A stretch of DNA of 63,578 nucleotides, the filler included, from Octopus bimaculoides (taxonomy: Eukaryota), in assembly GCF_001194135.2 (NCBI RefSeq). It is 4 parts of 4 records of this genome, joined end to end, with 100 filler letters (N's around TTAATTAATTAA, not from the genome) between each part and the next. Parts side by side here need not be neighbours in the genome. Positions count along the whole stretch, not along the records: positions 29,379 to 49,674 come from NC_068993.1; positions 49,775 to 58,498 come from NC_068999.1; positions 58,599 to 63,578 come from NC_068986.1; 1 more part is not named here. One strand, 5' to 3'. Positions 46,834 to 59,287 of this stretch are shown here, in pieces. The notes below the pieces were generated by a model, which ran no database searches, had not been told where the DNA came from, and saw only the letters and a program-made list of their open reading frames with translations. A program made the position numbers and the translations under genes. Each line of letters begins with the position of its first letter. Position 1 is the stretch's first letter.

Positions 46834-48633
46834 GTAAGTAATTTCTTAAAAAACCAACCTGTTAAACAAGGGATGGAGAAATTGGAATGACAGTCTTTTA
46901 GTTATAGTTAAAGCAAAATAGTTGCAAAGATTTAAGAACATGATGAGGACAAATATCTGTCAAATTTAAATAATGTAAACAATGTAAATAATGCAAGCAG
47001 ATTATTATATAGATATTTATTGCTGTACATAATGATTTAAGTGTAGGAAGTTAGTTATTTGGCATTAATACATCACAGTTTACACGGAAGAAATGATTCT
47101 GTTGGCTGACAGAAGACAATGCTAGACAGTCACTAGTAACTTATTGATGTTGTTTCACCCCAGTGGCTGATCTCTGAGTGAACAGACCAATAAATCAAAA
47201 GCGTTCCAGTCGGCGCTCTCATGTCTTTTGCATATCTCTGTCTATATTTTCCAATGTTTCCTTCTCCATTTTTTAAAGACAGGTGAATGATTGGAGTCTG
47301 CTATTTTTAGAATGTTGAGCAATTGCATGGAGAGTGGCTCATTTATTGTCTTCTTTGGTATCTTAATGTAATATATACCATAGAGTAATTGACAATATCC
47401 ACATTGAAACAGCACTCCTTTATTTCATTGTAGTTCACAATTTTCCCTCACCCAAAATTACATCAATGATGTATGTTAATAAATCCTTAATATAAAAGAG
47501 TAGTTGTTTCAGAAACTCCTAATCTTTCTATTGTTCACTATTACACTCTGAAGAGGGAGAGCAACATACTTATCAGCCAGTGGGTAAGCATCATTACATT
47601 CAGTTCTCAGAGACCCAATATAATTCTTTTAACAGAAAAATTATTCAACTCATGAACATGTAATAAAAATATAAAATATTTGGAAATTTTTAGCGGTAGA
47701 GCTTGCTTTTTTAAAAGTGTTGCTGAATGCAATATCACAATTGCATCACATCCATGATGCATTATAGGAATATTAAATCAAACTTGTTCTTGACTGGTAC
47801 CTTATTTTATCAACTTCAAAAGGATGAAAGGTAATGTTAACTTTGGTAGCATTTCAACTAAGCACACATAATAAGCTATAATTCAAAACATTTTGTCCAA
47901 CATTTAACTGATTTTGCCAGAAAAAAACTTGAATTTCATCATAGGTAAAAATAATTATTTTTCTGATGAATACATACTAGTTGTTTTACTGAGTGATGTT
48001 TCCTGTTTTTAGAGAAATTGCAATAAATGAATGTTGCATGTTAGTGCTATGGTAACATGTGTCATCATTACACTCTGCTAAAAGTAAACTGGAAAAATCC
48101 CACTGAAAAGTTGAAATGACAAGTATTTTAGAATAGCATCCAATCCTTGTTGCTTTAGTCAAAGTACACAAAAGTACAGGGTATTACATACAAATATGAG
48201 ATAAACCTTGGTTACTGAATACTGTTTTCTCAAAATACCCTTACTAAAATGCTTATTCTGAACTTCACCTTGTGCAAAATAATGTTGAAAGTTGATTGAT
48301 TGAAGTTTCAATTTGTACAGCGATTCTCAAACTGACAAATACCAGCAACCACTTTTATTTTAAGGAAAGACAAAACAAAGTTTGCTTCCATTTAATTCAT
48401 CTTTCTTCATCATGGTGTTGGACAAGTTTAAAAAGCTTGAATGACAATTGATTAATAAATTAGTTAAATGTTGATGAGACTGACTAATAATAATAAAAGA
48501 AGAGAAAAAGAACCAGTTTATGTGATTATTATTAGCATAATGACCCTAAGATATGACAAAATCTGTTTCAACACATCAGTTCACTTCAAGAACCTTACAA
48601 ACCAAATACAAAAATGAAATACTTAAAACCATC

Positions 48634-48845
48634 TTAACCCTCCAGCATTCAGATTAATCTGTCAAAGCAATGCTTATTTTATTCATATAATTTTGAATGA
48701 ATCATACATTATCTTGTTGCTTTGTGATTTCAATGATGTGATTCTTTATTTTTATAATGATACTGTAGGATAGGTGTAAGAAGCTGGATATGGCCAGTTT
48801 GAACATAAAATAGGTAGAATATTTTGGCCAGATATGACTGGTTTT
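48634..48845 (+). mobile_element. piggyBac-like non-autonomous element (TTAA-CCCT end)
   Basis: ttaa|ccctccagcattcaga... Related pieces at 36892-37010, 39490-39553 (aatgctgaagag|ttaa) and 9216-9600 (reverse). Confidence 0.55.
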
Positions 48846-49461
48846 TCAGGCTTTCACAGATGAGGCCTGCTTGAACCCTGTTTTGGCTTGTTCATGTGTA
48901 GATCTAACATAGATTATTTCAACACGGATCAGGATTATAATTGGCAGGATGTCCATTTGTTATTTTCGTTGTTTAACCCTAGATTCAAGTGCATTCTAGC
49001 CTGGAATATCCAATCCTCTTTTGAGTCATAAGCACCTGAGATCACATCACATGACATCTCTTTCTTTGCTAAAGATGTTAGGATGCAGATTTAGGGAGAC
49101 TTACTGGATATTTCTCACATGTTGAGTAACCACATAGATGCCCCTACTTTGGCTTGTGGTGACTGTTTCTTTGCAGAGTACCACTACATGATTCAGCAAA
49201 TTTTTTAATACTTAACAATGCAAAGAAAAGAAAACAAACAAAATACTTATCCAGTTATTCACATGACATATCTGCCCACAAATTCCAATGACTGCTAATT
49301 AATATTTTAAATAATGTAATTAGCATGTATCTTTGGAATGTAACCAATCAGTATAGAAGTATTACATCCTGCATGTACCATACAACCAACAGTATGACCA
49401 ATAGTGTTTTCCAGCATTGAAGAGAGTGAGGTGAAGAAAATGAAGGAATTATAACTCATCA

Positions 49462-49524
<63 letters not shown>

Positions 49525-50334
49525 GTCCCCTCTGTGTGCAGCCCTGTGTGGCTAATAAAAGAAAGATATCTATCTATCTATCTATCTATCTAATTAAGGT
49601 ACATTTTAAAAAATAACGTCGACCACTAACGTGGACAATTAATGCGCTAGAAATAGATCACATCTTGTGTCTATNNNNNNNNNNNNNNNNNNNNNNNNNN
49701 NNNNNNNNNNNNNNNNNNTTAATTAATTAANNNNNNNNNNNNNNNNNNNNNNNNNNNNNNNNNNNNNNNNNNNNATATATATATATATATATAAGTATGC
49801 GCAGATGTATGCATACATACTTATACGTTTGTATGTGAGACAGAGAGAGAGAGGGAGGGGGAGAGAGATGGAGAGAGAAAGAGAAGGAAAGATTGTATGG
49901 TCGTGTGGGTGATTTAATAGGATCACATGATCCATTTATAGTGAAATGTCTTTGAAGTTTTAATCAACATTATTGTATTTTATATATTGGTTTCTTGTCC
50001 CTTTTTTGTCTGTTCGGAATGCAGCAGCGCTGACTCTATTCAGATAGATATGTGGCTATGCTTAAAAGAGAAGAGCAGTGTGAGAGAGAAAAAGAAAAGG
50101 AATTAAAAGCTGAAGATTGAGACAGCCAAATATAATTGAAAATAAAAAGCTGGAGTAGTGTGTTTGCTTCATCGAAAAATGTTATTAAAGATGTCCACTC
50201 CATATTTTGTCATACATTCCATGTAAACATACGTAAATGCATCTGCACTGTACACGTATATCTACAGATGTATACACCCATGTACACATACATCCACATA
50301 CCGAGATACATTTATATGTATATATATGTATATA

Positions 50335-50371
<37 letters not shown>

Positions 50372-51499
50372 NNNNNNNNNNNNNNNNNNNNNNNNNNNNN
50401 NNNNNNNNNNNNNNNNNNNNNNNNNNNNNNNNNNNNNNNNNNNNNNNNNNNNNNNNNNNNNNNNNNNNNNNNNNNNNNNNNNNNNNNNNNNNNNNNNNNN
50501 NNNNNNNNNNNNNNNNNNNNNNNNNNNNNNNNNNNNNNNNNNNNNNNNNNNNNNNNNNNNNNNNNNNNNNNNNNNNNNNNNNNNNNNNNNNNNNNNNNNN
50601 NNNNNNNNNNNNNNNNNNNNNNNNNNNNNNNNNNNNNNNNNNNNNNNNNNNNNNNNNNNNNNNNNNNNNNNNNNNNNNNNNNNNNNNNNNNNNNNNNNNN
50701 NNNNNNNNNNNNNNNNNNNNNNNNNNNNNNNNNNNNNNNNNNNNNNNNNNNNNNNNNNNNNNNNNNNNNNNNNNNNNNNNNNNNNNNNNNNNNNNNNNNN
50801 NNNNNNNNNNNNNNNNNNNNNNNNNNNNNNNNNNNNNNNNNNNNNNNNNNNNNNNNNNNNNNNNNNNNNNNNNNNNNNNNNNNNNNNNNNNNNNNNNNNN
50901 NNNNNNNNNNNNNNNNNNNNNNNNNNNNNNNNNNNNNNNNNNNNNNNNNNNNNNNNNNNNNNNNNNNNNNNNNNNNNNNNGTGTGTGTGTGTACACCATT
51001 AAAACGATTGACAAAAATTGATATATTCTACATTTTTATTTTGCATTCAGAGGAAGGTAAAGCGATTTTCATGTATATGAGTTTTCAATACTGAAAGAAA
51101 AAAAAAACACTTATTTAAAATACAATAGGCTTACAAAGCCCATACATTCACAGGCAAAAAATCAAATCTATCCTCTCGTTTTTTAATTTATGCATCTAGG
51201 AAAAGATACGAAACTAAAGAGCGTAATTATGCTTCTAGTGTCTCTGTTAGATTTATATTCTTATTTTAAAAGGCATCAATTGCGAATTGCTTCACCTTTC
51301 TTCTTACCACCCTCTAATATCTCCAAATAACATTTTTGTACCCTTAATTCTTAATTTGGATCGTTATTTTTTTACGTCACTGTAATGTAGGGGTTAGTTC
51401 GTTAAAAATTTTAGATAAGATCTCTGTTGATAGACCTGGTTGTAGAGGGTTTATTTTTCCATTATTTGAACTAGACACTTGTAGCTTGTGAACCCCTTG

Positions 51500-52215
51500 A
51501 GATTATCGTAGGGGAAGGTATTCTTTAAATCCGACTTGAATCGCCTTTGTTGAGTGCGATCAACTCATTCTCTGTCCTTTGGTTTTATTTAAATCAATTT
51601 GGACATAATTTTGTCTGAAATTAAATGATATATACGTTTGTTTTTTTGTTTGTTTTTTTTTTCATCGGCATCTCTGATATTTTTATTGCTTGCATTATGT
51701 TGCGAATCTTTTAGAATTATTTGATGAGCTGATATCTTTCATCAATCACTGTAAAAAACTGACTTAAGTTCTAAGATAATATTCCTTGAAAACGGAAATA
51801 AGTCACCCATTCATAGTCTGTAGTCGTGAATTTTTTTGATGGCTTAAAAACAATTTCATTTGGTGCTCACGTTTAGATAGAGTCGATGTTTTAAAGATGG
51901 ACAGGAGCGTTGTCCAAAACTAGATGTGCCTTGGACTTGAGGTGAAAGTAAAAGGTGAAAGTAGAGTAGAAATTTTCGACGCATCATTTACTAAACAAGT
52001 CCTATGTAACCCAAGCTTTTATGTTAGATTTCCATATAAAGGGCAGATTAGCTTCGGCAAAATTTTTTATTATTCTTAACGAATCTGAGAGCTAAACAAG
52101 CAATGGCCTAAGTTTCCATAAGCATTTGCTCTTAACAATAATGTGAAATGATCTTTTGTTGCTTTATATCCATGTGCATTTCTTTCCTCGTTTGAGGTAA
52201 ACGTTTAGAGAGTAA
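51500..52215 (-). mobile_element. Tigger/pogo transposase remnant
   Basis: SNEERNAHGYKATKDHFTLLLRANAYG...LPFIWKSNIKAWVT...KAHLVLDNAPVH...LQTM match the Tigger KA-KDRLT, W-SN-KAWVT, LDNAP-H and LQPMD motifs; many disruptions. Confidence 0.8.
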
Positions 52216-52334
52216 CCACTTTCAAATATAAGGCGCAGGAGTGACTGTGTGGTAAGAAGCTTGCTTCTAAACCACATGGTTCTGGGTTCGGTCCCACTGC
52301 GTGGTACCTTGGGCAAGTGTCTTCTGCTATAGCA

Positions 52335-52835
52335 GAAGAAGATATTCTAGTGACATGGGTTGTGTATCACTATAAATGGTATGACTTGATCCTATTTTCC
52401 TTTTCTTTGGATTGTCCTCTGTTGTTGTATGAGTATTTTTATAGCCCGCTGTATGCCATTTTCTATAAGTAGAGACGGGTATTTTTGTTTGAGCAAAAAT
52501 CCCTTTAGTTCTGTTAGGCGTTTGTTCCTGATATTCGCATCTTCTACAATGGTACAAATTCTTCTGGCTAGGCTGTATGGGATGTTGCGTTTTGTATGTG
52601 GTGGATGGCATGACTTAAAATTCAAGTATTGATGTGTGTCCATGTGTTTGTGGTATATGACTGTGGTAATGGTGGTGTCCTTTTTAATTGCCATTATATC
52701 TGGGAATTGTAATTTGGTACTTCTCATTTCCTTTGTAAATTGGAGAGATGGCTGTAGGTTGTTCAAGAGGATATGGAACTCTTCCAGAGTATTTAGAGAT
52801 TCTGTCCAGATTATGAAACAATCGTTGATATATAG
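52335..52835 (-). mobile_element. Penelope-like reverse transcriptase C-terminal fragment
   Basis: INDCFIIW...LQFTKE...LQFPDI...YHKHMDTHQYLNFKSCHPPHTKRNIPYSLARRICTI. Confidence 0.85.
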
Positions 52836-53019
52836 ATATATATATATATATAGGAGGATCAAACATTGCAAACTGCTGTTTATATTAATTTTATATACAT
52901 GTGCGTGTGTATATGTATGCATATATATATATATATNNNNNNNNNNNNNNNNNNNNNNNNNNNNNNNNNNNNNNNNNNNNNNNNNNNNNNNNNNNNNNNN
53001 NNNNNNNNNNNNNNNNNNA

Positions 53020-53950
53020 AGACAGGTGTATGAACAACAAGTAGGTGTGTTAGTTTGACGCTCGGGAAAGTAAGAAAGTTTTTTACGTTTCGAACCTATG
53101 CTCTTCAACAGAAAGGAATAAGAGAAAATAAATAGACAGAGAATTTTTCAAAAACCTTCTGGATTTAGCGATCAAGCATGGCGACTGGTTGGGAAAAAAT
53201 TGGTTTGACAGGAGAGGTAGAAAGAAGGGGAGATAATAAAGAATTGGTAATCTCAAAACGAAGGTGCGTGTGCGTGTGTGTATGTGTAAGTGTGCGTGTG
53301 TGTATGTGTAAGTGTGTGTGTGGGTAGGGGCTAGTGACTGATGTGCGGATGTGTGCGTGTGTAAATGTATGCCTGTAATGTGTGGGTGTGTGAATGATGG
53401 TGTGTAGGTGTGCGGATGATGGTGTGTGGATGTGCAGATGGTGTTTTGTTGTGGGTGCTGGAAAGTGGTCAGTGCTTGTGTATGTGGAGTTGTGTGGGAT
53501 GATGTGACGTGGTGTGGGATGTGGAGGTTTGGAGGGATGTGGGTGCGGGTGGGGATGTGGATGTGGTGTGGGTGAAGGGGTATCAATGAAGAGAGGAAAA
53601 GAGGGGAGCTAGATGAAGAGAGGAGGGGAGTTGAGCCCCGATGGCGCAAAGGATCCAAGGGAGAAGATTGATTCCCGTTCATGGTGAAGGCCGGAGTCCG
53701 GATGGCCCCTGTGCAAAGGCAATCCGAACACAGACAGATGTTGTAGTGAATGACCGGTAGAGCGGAAATGGCGCGGGACCGGGGTGTCATTGCCGAGTCT
53801 GATGTTTCAGAGGTGCTCCGCGAACCGGCCAGCCAAGTGACGTCCTGTTTGACCGATGTACAGAGAAGGGCAGAAAGAGCAGGAGACGCAGTAAATAACG
53901 TTACTAGAAGTGCAGGTAAAGGAGCCGGTGACAAGATAGGGACGATATGG
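53020..53950 (-). mobile_element. Penelope-like GIY-YIG fragment and 3' repeat with hammerhead-like motif
   Basis: FTCTSSNVIYCVSCSFCPSLYIGQTGRHLAGRFAEHL; downstream ctttctgttgaagagcataggttcgaaacgta at 53080-53115. Confidence 0.85.
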
Positions 53951-55279
53951 GTGGTGGTGGTGTTGGAGAGATAGTGAATGATGGTGTTGGAGAGGTAGAG
54001 ACAAGTACAGCAGCGTGGACATGAAAGTATGTATGTACAGTTTTATAATGCAGATTTAATGTTTGAGCACACTTCAATAAAACCATTTGCTCTATGGTTA
54101 TATTTAGCACATATAGCCTTCTTTGGATTTCCGGTTTCCTTGTTCTTTGATTCAAGAATTTTCATATATGAGTGGCGGTTGCCTGTTATTTCAAACAGTT
54201 ATCACGTAGAAACCACGTTCTTGGCTCGTATGACTTTATATACTGCTATATGGCGTTTTTAATATGATCTTATACATTAAGATTGTGCTAAGCATGACTT
54301 TAAACTGCATCAAGTACTGAGACCTTGATTCGGGAGTTCCAGAGTTTTGATAAGATTTCTTAGCCATTATTATTCCCTTATTAGGGTCCCGGCTATAGGT
54401 CCAAGCTCTTACTGTAGCATGAGTGCCTTGGAAAAGACTAGGGAAATCAACCTAGATAGAAAATCAAAGAGTGAAGTCCCTCGTGCGGTCCAGTGACCTC
54501 TTTGACACCCTGCAGGAACTGACTCTCACTTTAAAACTACTAAACCCAGGCAGAAAAAAAAACTTGTCTCAAGAAATCGGTTTACTTAGTGACTTGAGGG
54601 TGTACGGCTCTTCCTCATTTTTTCCGAACACGTGGAAACTGCCATCATTATACATTATGAAGTTATATAATTTAGTAACACGTTATGCTGTATGTGATGT
54701 TAACTACAAAAATGTGACGCTATATAGTACATAACATTATATAGTATAACATGACTTTCTGTAATGTAATATGACGTTATAGAATAAATGACATCATATA
54801 TTTTATGACATATAACGGTATGTAGTAAAGAGTTCGCATTGGGCAAAAATATAACATAATCTTCATTTGTTATTGTTGTTGTTGAACACCGAGGCGGGCC
54901 TAACTTAGCAGATCTATTATTAAAGATATTCCAGTTGTGACAATCCGTTTTTTTTTATTTTTTATTAGTTTTTTTTTTTTCATATGTTCATAGAATTCAG
55001 GATTATATTATGCAGTGTGTCGTTGTCTTAAACAGCAGGGTGTGAACTGGCGAAGATTTGTCTGCTATTTCTAGCATTCGATCAACCACGTAATAGCTCC
55101 CTCATGCGGCTCCTATAATTCCAAGCCAATCTTCCACAGTCGATAATACTTCTATCTTTCTCCTCTACTCATCCTCCTAAGTAAATTTTAATGAAACACC
55201 TTCACTGTGAAGAGATTAAATGAAAATGCCTTGCAACAAGTTACGTGTTTTATATTTCATCTGTTTTAATACGTAGTAA

Positions 55280-55310
<31 letters not shown>

Positions 55311-55931
55311 TATGATAATGGTAATAGTGTGAAGAATGAAAGGTGGTGGGGGAATGGGGGCGTCTGTTCATTTAGTGCATTCTTCTTTTCTATTCATTGT
55401 ATGCATCGTACCGTGTGTAATATTTGCGTTATATATTTATGTGTGTGTCAGAGTTTGCATGAACACTTCTGCACACAAATATACAAATATCTAAATATCT
55501 ATCTAGCAATTCTAGCAATATCTAAATATCTAGATACTAGGATATTTCCTACTTTTCTTACATGAAACCAATAGTAGCCTTAATTCACAAATAAATAATA
55601 TATATATATGTGTGTGTGTGTGTGTGTATGTGTATGTATATCTTTTATCTTTTATTTCAGTCATAAGACTACGGCCATGCTGGGGCACCACCTCGCGGCG
55701 TTTAATCGAACATATCAGCCCCATTACTTCTTTTTAAAGTCTGGTACTTATTCTATATATAGAGAGAGAGAATTTTCTTTACGATCTGAGTTCAAATTCT
55801 GCCGAGGTCGACTTTGCCTTTCATCCTTTCGAAGTTGATAAAGCTAATACCAGCTGAGAACTGGGGTCGATATAATCGATTTACCTCGTCCCCCTAACTT
55901 GTCGGCATTGTGCCAAAATTTGAAATATTTT

Positions 55932-56400
55932 AGGTTTGAGCTTAGAATAACAGTGAGCATTAATACTAACGAAGTCGAGTTTGTAGATGTTACACTGAAT
56001 GTCACATACAGCCCTTATAGAAAACTTAATGATGTTAAACGTTATATTCACAAAGACTCTAATCACCCACCTAATATTATGATAAATTTACCCAGAAACA
56101 TCAGTAAAAGAATTTATAAAATATCAACTAAAGAAAAGACTTCTAAGCTTGCTGGTGTATTTTATAATGAGGCACTAAAGAAGAGCGACTTCAATGACAA
56201 GATAGACTATATTCCCCTACAAGGATCTTTTGATGCTAGAAATACCAGGAATGACAAAGTTATAAAGTAAAATGCCCTTCAGATCAACTATTGCAAGATA
56301 CTTCCTAAATTTAATCAAAAGGCCCACCCTTAGTAGTCACAAATTTTTTAAACATATATAACATTAAGTTACAGCTGCGCGGAAATTTTCACCTCCTTTC
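55932..56400 (+). mobile_element. Penelope-like RT C-terminal fragment
   Basis: VEFVDVTLN...PYRKLND...YIHKDSNHPPNIMINLPRNISKRI...YNEALKKS. Confidence 0.8.
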
Positions 56401-56445
56401 TTAACTGGAATTTAAAGAAAAAATTTCGTTTTCCTACACACGATT

Positions 56446-56499
<54 letters not shown>

Positions 56500-56623
56500 T
56501 TAACTTTCTCTTCAACCTACCTTCTATTTAACAGAGAGATTATTTGAAATATCTCATTCTTCTAATTTTTAAGGAACATTCCAGAATTATAATTCGCTTT
56601 ATATGAGATACGAACTCTCGGTC

Positions 56624-56651
<28 letters not shown>

Positions 56652-56654
<3 letters not shown>

Positions 56655-56886
56655 ATAAATGCGCCCCTTTTAAAGCGTAGCCAGGCTCATGGGCCCGGTT
56701 TCCCGGTTTCAATGGCGTATGTGTTCCCCAGCTGGACGGGACGCCAGTCCATCGCAGCGTGAACTGGAGCAACGTGAAATAAAGTGTTTTGCTCAAGAAC
56801 ACAACGCGTCGCCCAGTCCAGGAATCGAAACCACAATCTTACGATCATGATGCTGACACCCTAACCACTAAGCCACGCGCCTCCAC
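56652..56886 (-). mobile_element. Well-preserved tRNA-derived SINE
   Basis: A box tggcttagtgg, B-box-like gtttcgattcc, central ttgagcaaaacactttatttcacgttgctccag and ctgcgatggactggcgtcccgtccag, AT-rich tail. Related copies at ~11700-11860 and ~14100-14229. Confidence 0.85.
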
Positions 56887-57054
56887 ACCATATGTATATA
56901 CGCATGATATATTTTGTTGCATATTTTAGTCTATATTTGACGAGATTCTGTTTGCATATTTGCGTGTGTATCTGTAAATGTTTGTACCTGCTTATCTGAT
57001 ATGTGTGTATGTTACTATGTATGTATGTATTTTACTTATACATATGCATGTAAC

Positions 57055-57088
<34 letters not shown>

Positions 57089-57205
57089 CGTAGGCGTGTG
57101 TCTCTCACACATGCGTTAGTCAGTGAAATGTGTTTGTGTGTGTGTGAAAATGTGTAAAGCAAGTGTTGCGTAATGAAGTTGTGTAATAATGTAATGGTGT
57201 GTAGC

Positions 57206-57266
<61 letters not shown>

Positions 57267-58094
57267 ATGTGGTATGGTAGTGTATAAGTGTAATAACGTG
57301 GTATGGTAGCGAACAGATGTAATAATACAATACAGCGTAGCGCTCGGAGCGATTCCAATATTTTCATGCTTCAGGAAAATGTTAGTCCGCCAATCTGGTT
57401 TTCACATGGAGATAGGAATATTGCCAGGCTGTTATTTCTGTTCTTGTTCTTGTTGTTGCAGTTGTTACTATAGTTGCTGTTACTGATGATGATGATGATG
57501 ATGCTTGTATCTATGTTTATTCTCATTTGCTCTCCAAGATTTGACGAAGCTGCTGGTGGAAGAGTGCCACTTCTATACACACACACACACACACACGCAC
57601 ACACCTTGTAGGTCATGTCTTCTTCATTACCACCACCACCATCACCACCACCACCAATCACAACAACAACCTTTAACACGATCTCCCAATCTCCAGCACA
57701 CCCCTGCGAACACCATCACACCAACAAGAAAACAGCCATCTTGACCACCATGTTTTCTAGCGATAACCTGCCATCTTGCCATCCTTTAAGACGCTTAGGT
57801 GTTATTTGACAGAGATTTGGCTGTTATTTCTAACAGCTCGTAAATAAGGTAAGGTTGGATTCCCAGCAGTAATTAAACCTACAGAAATTAAAGTTTAACC
57901 TCAATACGTCTTGTTTTCAACAATTTAAGACACTTTAAAACTATGATCTCAAACATTTCTCTTCCTCAAAGTGAGTAAGTCATAAAATGTACGTACAGCT
58001 TCTTAGTTACCGGTTCACTTGTTGCTATGATTAAAAATCATTGGGGATAATAAAACATCGATAACGAAAACCTGGCTGGCCTCTTGCTAAAATA

Positions 58095-58498
58095 TTCTTT
58101 TCTACTCTAGGCACAAGGCACAAAATTTCTGGAGAGGGGCCAGTCGATTAGATCGAACCCAGTACGCAACTGGTACTTAATTTATCGACCCTGAAAGGAT
58201 GAAAGGCAAAGTCGACCTCGGCGGACTTTGAACTCAGAACATAAAGACTGACGAATTACCGCTAAGAACTTCGCCCGGCGTGCTAACGTTTATGCCAGCT
58301 TGCTGCCTTCTCTTGCTAAGATATTGAAAATATTTGACAATATTTTCTAGATAAATAGGGGCGGCGAGCCGGCAGAATCGTTAGCACGCCGGTCAAAATG
58401 TTTAACGGCATTTCGTCCCTCTTTACTTTCTGAGTTCAAATTCCGTCGAGGTTTACTTTGCCTTTCATCCTTTCGGGGTCGATAAAATAAGTACCAGC
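58095..58498. mobile_element. Head-to-head pair of SINE family B copies
   Basis: 58095-58310 on minus and 58358-58498 on plus are mutually complementary. Confidence 0.85.
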
Positions 58499-58770
58499 NN
58501 NNNNNNNNNNNNNNNNNNNNNNNNNNNNNNNNNNNNNNNNNNTTAATTAATTAANNNNNNNNNNNNNNNNNNNNNNNNNNNNNNNNNNNNNNNNNNNNAT
58601 ATATATATATGTATGTATATATATATATATATATGTATGTATATATATTATGTCATGCTATATGAGTGTTTATGAATATGCATGTAAATGTATATGTATA
58701 AATATGAATCTACATATGTGTAATCCATATTTGAATAGATTCGGTTAACATCAAACGTATGCATTTCCAT

Positions 58771-58846
<76 letters not shown>

Positions 58847-59157
58847 GAGATGCGTCCGACTCCTTGCGGAAGTGGTATCTTATTAGCACATGCAGGACCA
58901 TTTGTAAACACATAACTATTTTTCTATATACTTACAGGCACACACACACACACAACACACACACACACAACACACACACTTACGTACACGCACACATGTT
59001 TCTTACATAAACACCAACCTATATAATATAGACACAAATCTATGCACATATCGTTATATGTGCATAGATTTTCTACACCCTATCCCGCACGTTTATAGAC
59101 ATACATACATACAAATGTATATATATATATATATATGAACACATTGGTTTATTTATT

Positions 59158-59199
<42 letters not shown>

Positions 59200-59233
59200 T
59201 GTGTGTGTGTGTGNNNNNNNNNNACACACACAC

Positions 59234-59287
<54 letters not shown>

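Noticed and set aside
56821-56886. tRNA gene candidates at SINE heads (also 16099 and 41650)
   Set aside because: A/B boxes are present but there is no complete cloverleaf with acceptor stem, and they run into repeat bodies.
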